Shown here: positions 62,961-64,000 of the stretch, one piece after another
Position numbering within the stretch: the stretch's first letter is position 1
Layout of the letters: each line of letters begins with the position of its first letter
From: Amphiscolops sp. MND2022
Lineage: Eukaryota
Assembly: GCA_964187785.1 (NCBI GenBank)
Contig: OZ076409.1
Span: 18,416,001-18,480,000, forward strand
Reading direction: 5' to 3'
Length of the DNA stretch: 64,000 bases
Notes under the pieces: generated by a model
Told to the model about the DNA's origin: nothing
What the model saw: the letters and a program-made list of their open reading frames with translations, nothing else
Databases searched by the model: none
Made by a program: the position numbers and the translations under genes

Positions 62961-63149
62961 AAAACACTATTGTTGAAATTTTATCATTTTTCAATGTCGA
63001 AAACTACCTGAAAACATAGGCATAAGACTCAAAAATCACTGATTTCCCAGCTGCAAGGAAAAAAATATTTTTTGAGCATTTTGTTCCAAAACATAATCTC
63101 AGTGTGCCGAATTGGAGATTTAGGAAGTTGGTTGCTAGATGTATATCTC

Positions 63150-64000
63150 TTCCTAATATTGTGGATGTAAGTGGAATGAGTTTATTACATCCATATGCCT
63201 CAATGTAAAGCTTTCTTTTGCTGCTAGCAAACGAATGATTCGAAAAGTATCTAGTTCGCTGGTTGAACTTTGGCCATATCTTTCAGTGGGACATCGTGAC
63301 CTCGTTCTTCGCTTCAGTTGCGTAGCGTTCCTTCTTGCAGTTTCCATCACAAATAGATTATCCCATCTTTCAAATGGCACTTTGTCGCTTGATGAACTAA
63401 CAATGTTCAAGTACTGCACAGATTTGTTCAATTTTTTGGGTGTTTTATGTTTTGGTTTTACAACCTGTGTTGTTGGCTGAACATCAGTTGACTTTTGAGA
63501 CCGTTCCTGTATGACCAGAATTCATGAAGGTTTTGCTTAAAGTGTTCGTTCCAAGCTGCTACGATTTATCACACTATTCTGTATTTCCTGACTGAAAGTT
63601 ATCGTGAAAGAAGTTTCATTTTGATTTTCAGAATCACTTCTCGTTGAGTTTCCAACCTATTTTCACACTCTCAACCTCGAGTACACCTTCGAACTTTGAG
63701 TACAAATTGCTTTGCTCAATTTTATTGTCGAGTGTCACAATTTAAAGATCATCATTCTCGTGTTCTCTTGTTTTGTCGGTGAAACGATCTACTCTATTTC
63801 CCATGAGGACGTCCTTCTGAGCAGGTGTCATTTTTTTAGTTTCAACTTTTTCCACCATGTAGGCAGTACTGCGCTATCGTCAAGGACTACATATTGCTGC
63901 GATTTTGGGTCGAATTTTGACCTTTCATGTTTACGGTTTTTTTTCGCTAGACGGCCAAAAATGTTCAGGTGATCTGTTATTGGTTTTGTGCCCCGTGTTT
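63150..64000 (-). mobile_element. Ty1/Copia remnant (post-integrase SH3-like region and RT start)
   Basis: DHLNIFG...RSKFDPKS near 63900-63975, and LDTFRIIRLLAAKESFTLRHMDVINSF (Copia RT ...HQMDVKNAFL-like). Integrase precedes RT. Confidence 0.65.

Noticed and set aside
1..64000. Hammerhead ribozymes / Penelope-like elements
   Set aside because: The CTGATGA occurrences inspected (e.g. ~3135, 3790, 17702, 19967, 34089) lack the paired stems and downstream GAAA core. No GIY-YIG ORF was seen. This was not an exhaustive search.

Overview
Eukaryotic (animal-type, intron-rich, AT-rich, repeat-dense) genomic DNA, not prokaryotic. Two host genes could be assembled by hand. The first is a complete 8-exon IFT70/TTC30 (fleer/dyf-1) gene on + (15579-28698, 673 aa). 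The second is the 3' five exons of a type-I glutamine-synthetase/lengsin-like gene on - (59616-49395), which uses one GC-AG intron and hosts a near full-length Ty3/Gypsy element in its last intron. The first 15 kb is a pile of nested elements: two APE-RT LINEs, a Gypsy internal region, two stand-alone SGNH-hydrolase ORFs, and several MULE/foldback-like MITEs with 8-9 bp target-site duplications (TSDs). The rest of the window carries Helentron-like (HINE-type) repeats, Tc1/mariner-type MITEs, an L2/CR1-like RT fragment, a decayed Gypsy and a Copia remnant. The two most unusual observations are (i) a GC-rich, hairpin-rich ~190-bp core shared by MITEs that have unrelated terminal repeat arrays, and (ii) a compact SGNH-esterase cassette flanked by a two-state nested palindrome upstream and a 3 x 33-bp hairpin repeat/short-spacer array downstream. 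All calls were made by eye, with no database searches.
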